NCBI GenBank assembly: GCA_943329665.2
Contig: CALQEU020000009.1
Location: forward strand, 19,489-83,488
Length of the DNA stretch: 64,000 nucleotides
From: Bifidobacterium breve
GTDB taxonomy: Bacteria; Bacteroidota; Bacteroidia; AKYH767-A; OLB10
Reading direction: 5' to 3'
Positions 13,145-21,984 of this stretch are shown one piece after another. The translations under genes and the position numbers were made by a program. The stretch's first letter is position 1, and each line of letters opens with the position of its first letter. Below the pieces are notes generated by a model. That model had not been told where the DNA came from, searched no databases, and worked only from the letters and a program-made list of their open reading frames with translations.

Positions 13145-13284
13145 AAATAACGATTCTAGAGGAAAGACTCACTAATTCGCAATTAATTAAACAATTTTTT
13201 TTCCGAATTCCATTTAGATAAAACTAAACTTTTTGAAGATTGATTTTAATAACTTAATTTTATAGTCTTATTCACTTTCAAAAT

Positions 13285-13677
13285 ATGCATTCTCTACCTC
13301 ATATTCGCGCCTTTGTAGTTCAAGGAACTTTGCTAATTATCAATGGTCTAGCGGCTTATCTAATAGTTGGATCAAAAGCTTTTAATATGATGTTAGTGGG
13401 AATTCTGTTAGGAGTTGCTCTTTGGGGTACCGCTTGGTATTGTAATAAAAAAGCAAAGGCCATTTGGATCGGCTTTGGATTATCCTTAGGAGGAATTATT
13501 GTATTTACTCAACGGACCATTGCCAATTTCCTTTCCTTAATAGGAATCATTCAGCATGAAATGAATTTTGATGCATACAACAAATCCATCATGGTGGTGT
13601 TATACATTATGATGTCGTGTACGTGTATTTGCGGATTGATGCTCTCGTACACTTATTTACCTGAAAGAAAAAACTAA
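13285..13677 (+). CDS. Small integral membrane protein, hypothetical
   Basis: 130 aa with four hydrophobic segments and an ATG start. Confidence 0.6.
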   Translation: MHSLPHIRAFVVQGTLLIINGLAAYLIVGSKAFNMMLVGILLGVALWGTAWYCNKKAKAIWIGFGLSLGGIIVFTQRTIANFLSLIGIIQHEMNFDAYNKSIMVVLYIMMSCTCICGLMLSYTYLPERKN

Positions 13678-13684
13678 AACAGCT

Positions 13685-13912
13685 ATGACTAAGATCAAGA
13701 TTAACTCGAATGGCTCTATTCGCGTAGAGGGTGAATTTGAAATTATTGACGCCAATGGCAATCCTTATGATTTAGCAGGAAGGACGGTTGTCTCTTTATG
13801 CAGATGCGGGCTTTCTCAGAACAAACCCTTTTGCGATGGTTCGCACAGAGGAGAGTTTATGAATGAATCAGTAGCCTTTGCCTTACCGCCTCCTAAGCCA
13901 AAACCAGAATAA
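13685..13912 (+). CDS. CDGSH-type iron-sulfur domain protein
   Basis: 75 aa containing CRCGLSQNKPFCDGSH, the CDGSH 2Fe-2S motif. Confidence 0.85.
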   Translation: MTKIKINSNGSIRVEGEFEIIDANGNPYDLAGRTVVSLCRCGLSQNKPFCDGSHRGEFMNESVAFALPPPKPKPE

Positions 13913-13917
13913 TACAA

Positions 13918-15111
13918 CTAGTCTTTTTCGAGGAAAAACGAAGTTCCGCCTACCCAATCGAGGTTTTCATTGTAGCGAACACCAATCATCTTTCCTTTAC
14001 TCATCCTTCCTAAATTGATGGTGAGTGTAGGTCGAGATTCGCCTTCGCCCCAGAGGTAAAGAAGACGAATTTCACATTTTACAGGTCCAGTGGGGGATTG
14101 CAATGCATCCGCGTACTTTACTTTTTTCTGAAGAATGTAGTTTGATGGATTTTCCAGCGTGAGAATATCTAATTTCTGCACATCAAAAACTACACCTTGT
14201 CCGCTGAAGCTAAATAATGGTTTTAACACCCAATTTTCGAGATCATCGGGAATGGAAGGAAGCTCATGCACAAAATAACTTTTAGGAATGCTGGGACCAC
14301 TTAAGAAAGGCATGGTATATTTAGAAATCCTAAAAAACCAATTCGGGTGAGCCACCCATTCTACGTCGACATCTTCCGTCAAATTAAATTGTAAATTCAA
14401 ATCCTTTCTTTGTCGAAGTTCATCAAAAATAACACGATTGTAAATTCTTCGAATACGCGTTTTCTTTCCATTATTCATGTAAAAAAGATGATGCCCTTCT
14501 CGAATCACTTCGGTTAAACATACTACTGGAATTCCCAAATACAATCGAGTGCAATAAAAATCGATTTGTGTTTTTTGCTTCCAAGGTTCTATTTCCAATA
14601 AAATAGTTTCATTAGGATCTTGCTTTCCAATGACTATCTCTTTCATTCTTGCTAAAAAAGTTTCATGCGTATACCCATTAAACTTATTATCGAAACCTTC
14701 TGGAATTGAAAAGTGTTGTCGATACTTGGCAGAAAGCCATTCTTGATAACAAAATAAGGAAGCGAAGCCTTGCAATTCGATGAGCTCTGGTATTAATCCA
14801 CCATTACCATCTTCACATATTGCAAAATCAATAGCAATTAATTTGGAGTGACTATCCTCATTACTCACTTTCAATCCATCCGGAATCGCATTTTCCGAAA
14901 TATTTTTAAAATCAGGTTTAACAATTACATCAATAATATCTTCCCCAGCTTTTACGACCAATTGCCTGAGGGCTTTGTCCATAAACACGGGTGTTTCCGA
15001 AACTCGGAAATCAATATTATAATTAAAAGTACTATTCAAATCCTTCAAAAACCCCTCGTACTTTTCTTGGGTAAATGAACTATTGTATGCTTCACGAATA
15101 GACTTTATCAT
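13918..15111 (-). CDS. Conserved hypothetical protein (weak ATP-grasp-like features)
   Basis: 397-aa ORF. The segment NWVLKPLFSFSGQGVVFDV resembles an ATP-grasp strand/P-loop region. No firm family assignment. Confidence 0.7.
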   Translation of the reverse strand: MIKSIREAYNSSFTQEKYEGFLKDLNSTFNYNIDFRVSETPVFMDKALRQLVVKAGEDIIDVIVKPDFKNISENAIPDGLKVSNEDSHSKLIAIDFAICEDGNGGLIPELIELQGFASLFCYQEWLSAKYRQHFSIPEGFDNKFNGYTHETFLARMKEIVIGKQDPNETILLEIEPWKQKTQIDFYCTRLYLGIPVVCLTEVIREGHHLFYMNNGKKTRIRRIYNRVIFDELRQRKDLNLQFNLTEDVDVEWVAHPNWFFRISKYTMPFLSGPSIPKSYFVHELPSIPDDLENWVLKPLFSFSGQGVVFDVQKLDILTLENPSNYILQKKVKYADALQSPTGPVKCEIRLLYLWGEGESRPTLTINLGRMSKGKMIGVRYNENLDWVGGTSFFLEKD

Positions 15112-15112
15112 A

Positions 15113-16534
15113 TTAATTATTTATCTGATTAACTTTTTCTTGAAACCGACTATCATTTTGTAAAGTCATAAATGCTGGTTCTATTCTACAACGTGTTGCA
15201 TCCTTAAATCCTTTTTGAATAGCCACCTCCAAAAAAAGAAAACAATCTGCTCCATTTCCATCCATCGCTGCACTCACTGCAGATAAATACCATGCTTCAG
15301 TATTTTTTGGATCCACCATTCGATAGATGCTGGAAAAGTAAGCACTTTGTTCTTTATGTAAAGCAGTGATAGCACGGTTAAGCGACATATACGAAGAAAG
15401 ACTAATCACACCACGAACACGGTTTTTCATATCCTCAAAAGCTTGTGGACTTTTAGTTGCACTTGTAGATTCCCATCGTTCAAATTCCGTTCTCCACCAG
15501 CCGGTATCTTTTGATCCTAATGCACGCAAGAAATAATCACGATTCTTTGATTCTATTTGCTTGAATTCACTCTCTACAGAAAGCGCTTGTTTATATTCGA
15601 TGGAATTCATCAACTTTTGCAGAGCAGCTTCCACAGTTGTGGTATTCAACATCCCTTGAAAATTCTTTACCATATTTTTATAAAGCTCCACTTTTTCGAT
15701 CACATTTGAAACTGAATCGGACTGATGTTTTAAAAATGAAAGTGCTAACTCCAATTGTTTCGTATTTACTGGAGTAAAACGATCACGTTGTGCAATAGCC
15801 GTAAATGCAATAAACGCATTTTCCATCACCGATGCTGGAGGCCATGCATGATCACCAGAAAAGCGGATCGTTTGATAGCGACTCATCATGCGAGGATCTT
15901 GCGTTTTAAAATTCAAAATTTCCGACAAATTCATGTCACTGTTCCCTGCAATTCCAACAATCAAATTCGGTGGAACTCCTGTCCATGATCCCGCTGGTAT
16001 ACCTGCTCCACAAACAACGAGACCTTTAACGCCCGAAGGAGAAAGAGCAAGAAGAGATGCAACGCGGGCGCCACCACTAAATCCTCCAGCGAAAATTTGA
16101 TTCGTATCTACTTTTTCGATGAGAAGGCACTGGTACAACATCGACTGAATGATATTTGCGGTTTGCTCAGCACTGTTCCCATTTTTAGATTCTTTAGCCG
16201 CTATTAAAATAAAATCATAGGCATCCGCTAATGATTCATACTCCCCTAAAGGAAAATCAGGATCACCATGTGGATCGAATAAAATCAGTATGGGAAACTT
16301 TTCCTTGGAAGAAAATCGGGTAGGGTAGTAGACAGAATAATGGAGATTCGCGTTGAGTTGACATGGTTGGGCACTAAAGGCATGACCTGATTTTTCTATT
16401 GGGGCGGACGCAACTTCAGCATTAGATTCCAATTTGGATGGTTCTGTTTTCTTGCCAGAGCAAGAAATGATCACCACAAAGCATAGAAGCAGAAATATTC
16501 GCATGAACCAAAAATAGTGGTTGCAAGCATTCAT
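15113..16534 (-). CDS. Alpha/beta-hydrolase (esterase-like) lipoprotein with a helical C-terminal domain
   Basis: Nucleophile elbow GFSGGAR. An internal ATG at 16504 gives a lipoprotein signal (MRIFLLLCFVVIISC). The C-terminal ~200 aa are helical and TPR-like. It ends 1 nt before the 13918..15111 gene. Confidence 0.75.
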   Translation of the reverse strand: MNACNHYFWFMRIFLLLCFVVIISCSGKKTEPSKLESNAEVASAPIEKSGHAFSAQPCQLNANLHYSVYYPTRFSSKEKFPILILFDPHGDPDFPLGEYESLADAYDFILIAAKESKNGNSAEQTANIIQSMLYQCLLIEKVDTNQIFAGGFSGGARVASLLALSPSGVKGLVVCGAGIPAGSWTGVPPNLIVGIAGNSDMNLSEILNFKTQDPRMMSRYQTIRFSGDHAWPPASVMENAFIAFTAIAQRDRFTPVNTKQLELALSFLKHQSDSVSNVIEKVELYKNMVKNFQGMLNTTTVEAALQKLMNSIEYKQALSVESEFKQIESKNRDYFLRALGSKDTGWWRTEFERWESTSATKSPQAFEDMKNRVRGVISLSSYMSLNRAITALHKEQSAYFSSIYRMVDPKNTEAWYLSAVSAAMDGNGADCFLFLEVAIQKGFKDATRCRIEPAFMTLQNDSRFQEKVNQINN

Positions 16535-16542
16535 TTATCCAT

Positions 16543-16550
16543 TATTTTTG
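16543..16550 (+). promoter_or_regulatory. -7 promoter box TATTTTTG
   Basis: Matches TAnnTTTG, 21 nt upstream of the ATG at 16571. Confidence 0.4.
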
Positions 16551-16570
16551 AGAATATTTAATAATTTCTC

Positions 16571-17020
16571 ATGCGTACACTGAACTCCCTGATCGATGAA
16601 TATTCCGAAAGCCATATCCATCCTCAAAATATTCTAATTCATTGGATTTGCGTGCCAGTAATCTTCTTCAGCATTGTTGAATTTTTATTCTGTATCACAT
16701 TACCCTTAGTTGGAAACTTAGCCATTCTATCTCTTCTGTTACTCACTATTTATTACTTTTTATTGTCAAAAACATTGTGGATCGGAATGCTCATTTTGGG
16801 GCTGATTTGTATATCCATAGCGTTCTACATCAATGTGCATTTCTATGAACATCGCTTTACTATATTCTTGGTATTATTTGTTTCGGCTTGGGGTGGTCAA
16901 TTTTTCGGTCATAAAATAGAGGGAAAGAAACCATCCTTTTTAAAAGATGTGCAATTTCTGTTGATTGGTCCGGCTTGGTTGATGGTGAAACTTTATAGAA
17001 AGGCAGGCATACCTATTTAG
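16571..17020 (+). CDS. Mpo1-like / DUF962 membrane protein
   Basis: 149 aa. Contains HPQNILIHWICVP and FFGHKIEGKKPSFLKD..FLLIGPAW, typical of DUF962. Confidence 0.75.
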   Translation: MRTLNSLIDEYSESHIHPQNILIHWICVPVIFFSIVEFLFCITLPLVGNLAILSLLLLTIYYFLLSKTLWIGMLILGLICISIAFYINVHFYEHRFTIFLVLFVSAWGGQFFGHKIEGKKPSFLKDVQFLLIGPAWLMVKLYRKAGIPI

Positions 17021-17024
17021 TTAG

Positions 17025-17381
17025 ATGGAAGGATCATCAGCAACCATTACTTTGCTTCTAGAATGGCTCACGTGGGTACTCTTCTTCTTTGCGTGGGCCA
17101 TCTTAGTCAAGACGGCATTGCGTCGTTTTAAAAAGAAAAATCCAAATCAAGAAATAAAAGATCGCAAAGCCTATTATTTCGCTATGATCTTTGGAATCCT
17201 GTTGCTGATTTTTATTTTACTTTTTGGCGTGGATCCTTTCATCAGTCTTCTGGTGAATGAAGAAATGATAGAAGCAGAAAATGGACCGTATGTTTTTTGG
17301 GGATTAGCGACTTTGCTATTTTTCGTAATCCCTTTTATAGTCGCAAAATTGGGGAGGATGGTTTTTCGAACGAAGATTTAG
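17025..17381 (+). CDS. Small membrane protein, hypothetical
   Basis: 118 aa with three hydrophobic segments, 4 nt after the previous gene. Confidence 0.55.
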   Translation: MEGSSATITLLLEWLTWVLFFFAWAILVKTALRRFKKKNPNQEIKDRKAYYFAMIFGILLLIFILLFGVDPFISLLVNEEMIEAENGPYVFWGLATLLFFVIPFIVAKLGRMVFRTKI

Positions 17382-17607
17382 CTGCTGGCTTCTAGCTTCT
17401 AGATGCTGGCTACTATGTTAAAGCCTAAAAAACGTTGACCGGTAAATAGCCAACAGGAACTAATTGATTGCATAAATACAATCAAATCTGTGAAAATCCT
17501 ATTAATCCGTGTCATCAGCGTTCAATTTAAAAAATTCTAAATTTTGGAAATTTTACTTACTCGAAGGAACAAAATTCCAAATCCAATAATATTAAACTAG
17601 TTCCAAT

Positions 17608-18474
17608 TCAAATCACCCGATAATTCCGATACTCAAACAATCTTTTTCCTGTTTGCTTCTCCACAAAATGCAGGATTTTATTCTTTAAACTCAATTTATT
17701 TTGTCGGGTGTCGTAATAAAATACCCAGTCCATGTTTTCAATACGACTTTTCATTGGGGTAGGATGAGTTGATGTAAATTCCTCCAATGAGTCAATTCCT
17801 GAATAATCAAAAAGTTCTTCTTTTACCTTTGCTTTTACTTTTTCATCTGTATGCCAAAGGCGATGAAAACTCTTTTGCTTTTCTGTTTGATGCGCTGGAT
17901 TTTTCACCCAACCATAATGGAAAATTCGAGCATTAATCTTTTTTACTTTTAAAGGTCGCTCGTCCTTTCTAAACCCTTGTGCATCTTTATAGGAATGAAT
18001 TTTACGATCATTACGAACAATTCTCACTTCGTGCCGATACCATTTACGTGAATTACCAACATAATGATAACTACCATAAAAATGAATGTAATTAAACAGA
18101 AGTCCCTCAACCTTCACATCATTATTATATTTATCCATAGAAGATCTAATGACGGAATAATCATTTTCATGAATCACCTCATCCGCCTGTAAATAAATAC
18201 ACCAATCGGCTTGCGGAGAAACGGCTTGTAACGCTTTGTCAGTCTCAACAGCTAACACGCGACCACCTTCGCGAAGAGAATCATCCCAAACAGAAGGAAC
18301 TACTTTTATTTTAGGAGAATTAATAGATTGAATTAAGTCAGCAGTGGTATCATCAGAATTTCCCAGACAAACGATTAACTCATCTACCAACGGCAATAAA
18401 GAAAGAATGCTTTCCTTAACAGGATAATCAAACTTGACAGCATTGCGAACAAAAGTAAATCCGGATACAAACAT
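17608..18474 (-). CDS. Glycosyltransferase family 2-like protein
   Basis: 288 aa. GT-A-like N-terminus (FVSGFTFVRNAVKFDYPVKESILSLLPLVDELIV..GNSDD) and a DxD-like QADE. Confidence 0.78.
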   Translation of the reverse strand: MFVSGFTFVRNAVKFDYPVKESILSLLPLVDELIVCLGNSDDTTADLIQSINSPKIKVVPSVWDDSLREGGRVLAVETDKALQAVSPQADWCIYLQADEVIHENDYSVIRSSMDKYNNDVKVEGLLFNYIHFYGSYHYVGNSRKWYRHEVRIVRNDRKIHSYKDAQGFRKDERPLKVKKINARIFHYGWVKNPAHQTEKQKSFHRLWHTDEKVKAKVKEELFDYSGIDSLEEFTSTHPTPMKSRIENMDWVFYYDTRQNKLSLKNKILHFVEKQTGKRLFEYRNYRVI

Positions 18475-18483
18475 GAGGGATGA

Positions 18484-20016
18484 TTAAACCAATTCAGTGC
18501 TTACAAATTTTTCCCACTCTTCAAACTGAGCGTTTTTCATCACGCGAGGAAATTTATTTTGAGAGCCCATCTTTCCGTTCTTCTCCATCCAATTCATAAA
18601 GACTTTAAGAGGCAATACTTCAACAAAAATTTCTTTTAAGGCCGATGTCCGCTCGACGCGATAATCATCGTTCAATATTTTTAACTTCTCATCTAAACTC
18701 AACTTCAATGCAGCTACATCTACTTTATCATCGGTGCCGATGTACCATTTATGAGCGAACATGGTTCCGTGCTTTACACCTGAAACAGAAAATTCATTGA
18801 TGCTGATGTTAAACTCATCGGAAACCATTTCAATCGCTTTATTCATATTGTCGACGCTCAAATGTTCTCCACACAAACTCAAATAATGTTTTGTTCGACC
18901 TGTAATAATAATTTCTGCTTGTTCTACATCGGTAAATTTAATCACATCGCCAATCATATATCGCCATGCACCAGCCACAGTAGAAATAAGCAACGCATAC
19001 TCTTCGCCGACTTCCACTTCATCAATCAACAATGTTTTTGGCTTACGCACCAATTCACCATCTCCATTAAAATTTTCGGAAGTGAAGGGTACGAATTCGT
19101 AAAATAATCCATTATTCACCACCATGCGCATCGAACGATTATTTTGTTCATGCTGAAAAGCAATAAATCCCTCCGATGCTAAATACGTCTCGATATAGGT
19201 CAATGGATGATCAATTAATTTTTCAAAACTTTTCCGATAAGGCTCAAACGAAACACCACCGTGCACATAAATCGTGAGGTTGGGCCAAATATCGTGTATG
19301 GTTTTCACTTGATACTTTTCAATGATTCGCTCGATGAGTAATTGACACCAAGCAGGAACACCGACCAGGATACCAATGTCCCATTGACGGGCATTATCTA
19401 CAATCTCATCTAACTTGGTATTCCAATCTTTCTCGCGCGAAATTTTTCTTCCAGGCTTATAAAAATGCTGAAACCAAAACGGAATTTTACTGGTTGTAAT
19501 TCCACTCAAATCACCTTCAAAATACGAACCTTGCTGATTTAAATGCGTGCTGCCACCAAGCATTAAAATACCTTTCGAAAAAATATCGCTTCTCAACTCT
19601 TTGTATCCACCCAAACTAATCATTTGTCGAACGCTGGTTCTGCGAATAGCTTTCACCATATCATCGGTCACCGGAATATGTTTACTCGAACTTTCAGAAG
19701 TACCGCTACTCAATGCGTAATAATGCACTTTTCCTGGCCAGGTTACATCTTCTTCATTATGCAATGTTTTATTCCACCAACGTGCATAAATACTTTTATA
19801 ATCGTGCACCGGAACAGTTGCTCTAAATTTATTTACAAAATTCTTGCTGTTCACCATATCAGCAAAATGATACGTTTGACCGAACATCGTAAACTGTGCT
19901 TTTCGCATCAGTTTCTTCAATTCCCTTTTCTGGTAATAGATCGGAGTATCATTCGCCAATCGCAAGCGATGGCGTAACTCTATACTTCGTTTTATAATTG
20001 CGGCCAGTATCGGCAT
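18484..20016 (-). CDS. GH3 (auxin-responsive-promoter) family acyl-adenylate-forming enzyme
   Basis: 510 aa. Contains LSSGTSESSSKHIP, YLASEGFIAFQ and RYMIGDV, typical of bacterial GH3 proteins. Confidence 0.85.
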   Translation of the reverse strand: MPILAAIIKRSIELRHRLRLANDTPIYYQKRELKKLMRKAQFTMFGQTYHFADMVNSKNFVNKFRATVPVHDYKSIYARWWNKTLHNEEDVTWPGKVHYYALSSGTSESSSKHIPVTDDMVKAIRRTSVRQMISLGGYKELRSDIFSKGILMLGGSTHLNQQGSYFEGDLSGITTSKIPFWFQHFYKPGRKISREKDWNTKLDEIVDNARQWDIGILVGVPAWCQLLIERIIEKYQVKTIHDIWPNLTIYVHGGVSFEPYRKSFEKLIDHPLTYIETYLASEGFIAFQHEQNNRSMRMVVNNGLFYEFVPFTSENFNGDGELVRKPKTLLIDEVEVGEEYALLISTVAGAWRYMIGDVIKFTDVEQAEIIITGRTKHYLSLCGEHLSVDNMNKAIEMVSDEFNISINEFSVSGVKHGTMFAHKWYIGTDDKVDVAALKLSLDEKLKILNDDYRVERTSALKEIFVEVLPLKVFMNWMEKNGKMGSQNKFPRVMKNAQFEEWEKFVSTELV

Positions 20017-20067
20017 TCTTTTTCTTTATTTAATTCTTAGTTCCAAATACTAAATTAAATATGAAAA

Positions 20068-21849
20068 TTATAATTCAAGTTCTAATCCTAATTGTTTCCT
20101 AAAATCATCCAAGCCTGGATTCTTCTCTACCATTTTTTGATATTTCTCTTTATTGGTATAAGCTACTTCTCCTGTCGCCACATTCTCATCAAATTTCACA
20201 TGTACATTCAGTGTGTAATTTCTCAAGCTCTTTCTTAAGAAACTCACTAACTCCGTTCTTTCTTCTTGAAAAAATTCTTCTTGAGAATGATTATCAATCA
20301 ATAATTCAATTTGATAATTCTCCAGAATCGTTGGAATGTTCATATTCAAAATTGTGCTTATTTGACTTTTTCCATCTGCTTTTGCTTGCTCGGTATACAT
20401 CTTCCAATACTTCAACAACGTTTCATGATCAAAAGAATTTTTCAAATCGGGAAGTACTTCTTTCACACTTTCTTCAACTACCGTATCCATCGACTTTTTA
20501 AAAGAAGACAAGGAAGCACCTTTAAAGATGGAAGATCCACCCGTAGTTTGAGAAGGAGATGTAGTTTGAGAGGGAGAGGGAGTCGGATCGACTGAAATTT
20601 TCTCTGCTACTGGTGCACCCCGTATTTCTGCAACCACTTTCGCAATAGGTGGTGCAGAGGGCTCTGCCACTTCCGATTTCTTTGCTACTTCCTTCTTAAC
20701 TTCTGTTGTTACTTCACTTTTTTTTTGAATAGCAGGAGCAGTTGCCTCTTCCAACATTCCTGAAATAGAACAGAGTCGAATCAGTGCTAACTCTACATGC
20801 AATCGTTGATTTCTAGCATTACGATAATCAATATCGCACTTGCTACAAATGGATAAATATTTTAAAAGGTTTGGCTGAACAATTTCGCTTGCTTGCAATT
20901 TATAACGTTCACGCGCACTTCTACTCACCTCCAAAAGCGACAAAGTCGATTCCGTTTTAGAAACCAATAAATCACGGAAATGAGAAGCTAGGCCAGTGAT
21001 GAAATGATGTCCATCAAAGCCATCCGAAATAAGTTCATTATAGGTAAGCAATACGCCTGGAATATTTCCTTCGCGAATTTCATCGGTAATCTTAAAATAA
21101 TAATCATAATCTAAAATGCTTAGATTATTAATAACATCTTTATAGGTAATATTGGTTCCTGCAAAACTTACAATCTGATCGAAGATGGAAAGCGCATCAC
21201 GCAAAGCACCATCCGCTTTTTGAGCGATGATATGTAAGGCTTCCTCTTCAGCTTTCACTTCCTCTTGTTCCGCAACGTATTCGAGATGTTTTGTGATATC
21301 ATCCACTTGAATGCGATTAAAATCAAAAATCTGACAACGTGATAAGATCGTTGGAATAATTTTATGTTTCTCCGTCGTCGCTAAAATAAAAACAGCATAA
21401 GAGGGAGGTTCTTCTAAGGTTTTCAAAAACGCATTGAACGCACTTGACGAAAGCATGTGCACCTCATCAATGATATAAATTTTATATTCTCCAGAATGCG
21501 GTGCATAACGCACTTGTTCCACCAAATTTCGGATATCATCTACCGAATTGTTCGAAGCAGCATCCAACTCATAAATATTCAAGCTTTGGCCGGAATTAAA
21601 TGACTTGCATGACTCGCAAGTATTACAAGCTTCTATATCGGCGGTAAGCGTTTTGCAATTCAGCGTTTTGGCTAAAATTCGCGCACAGGTAGTTTTTCCC
21701 ACGCCCCTTGGACCACAAAACAAAAAAGCTTGAGCTAAGTGCTGGGTGCGTATGGCATTCTTTAACGTATCGGTTATATGAGCTTGACCTACAACCGTAT
21801 CGAAGGTTGCAGGACGATATTTTCTAGCGGAAACTACGAAGGCATTCAT
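20068..21849 (-). CDS. dnaX: DNA polymerase III subunits gamma/tau
   Basis: ARKYRPATFDTVVGQ, Walker A GPRGVGKTT, a Zn module (CNTCESC), and DEVHML. The ATG at 21847-21849 (MNAFVVSARKYRP) is preferred over the longer track ORF that starts at 21912. Confidence 0.93.
   Translation of the reverse strand: MNAFVVSARKYRPATFDTVVGQAHITDTLKNAIRTQHLAQAFLFCGPRGVGKTTCARILAKTLNCKTLTADIEACNTCESCKSFNSGQSLNIYELDAASNNSVDDIRNLVEQVRYAPHSGEYKIYIIDEVHMLSSSAFNAFLKTLEEPPSYAVFILATTEKHKIIPTILSRCQIFDFNRIQVDDITKHLEYVAEQEEVKAEEEALHIIAQKADGALRDALSIFDQIVSFAGTNITYKDVINNLSILDYDYYFKITDEIREGNIPGVLLTYNELISDGFDGHHFITGLASHFRDLLVSKTESTLSLLEVSRSARERYKLQASEIVQPNLLKYLSICSKCDIDYRNARNQRLHVELALIRLCSISGMLEEATAPAIQKKSEVTTEVKKEVAKKSEVAEPSAPPIAKVVAEIRGAPVAEKISVDPTPSPSQTTSPSQTTGGSSIFKGASLSSFKKSMDTVVEESVKEVLPDLKNSFDHETLLKYWKMYTEQAKADGKSQISTILNMNIPTILENYQIELLIDNHSQEEFFQEERTELVSFLRKSLRNYTLNVHVKFDENVATGEVAYTNKEKYQKMVEKNPGLDDFRKQLGLELEL
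20714..20726 (-). other. A9 slippery run in dnaX with immediate stops in both alternative frames
   Basis: The minus strand reads CAA AAA AAA AGT GAA GTA A. The -1 frame (or one extra A) gives AAG TGA. The +1 frame (or one A fewer) gives GTG AAG TAA. Confidence 0.45.
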
Positions 21850-21984
21850 GTTTACAAATGTAAATAATTTCATTGTCAATATAGAATATTGCATACCCCT
21901 CAACTCTTTCATTTACAATGAATTTTAAAAAAAATTTCGACAATTGACAGGTTTACAAAAATTTGAGATACTTTTCCGACCTAT

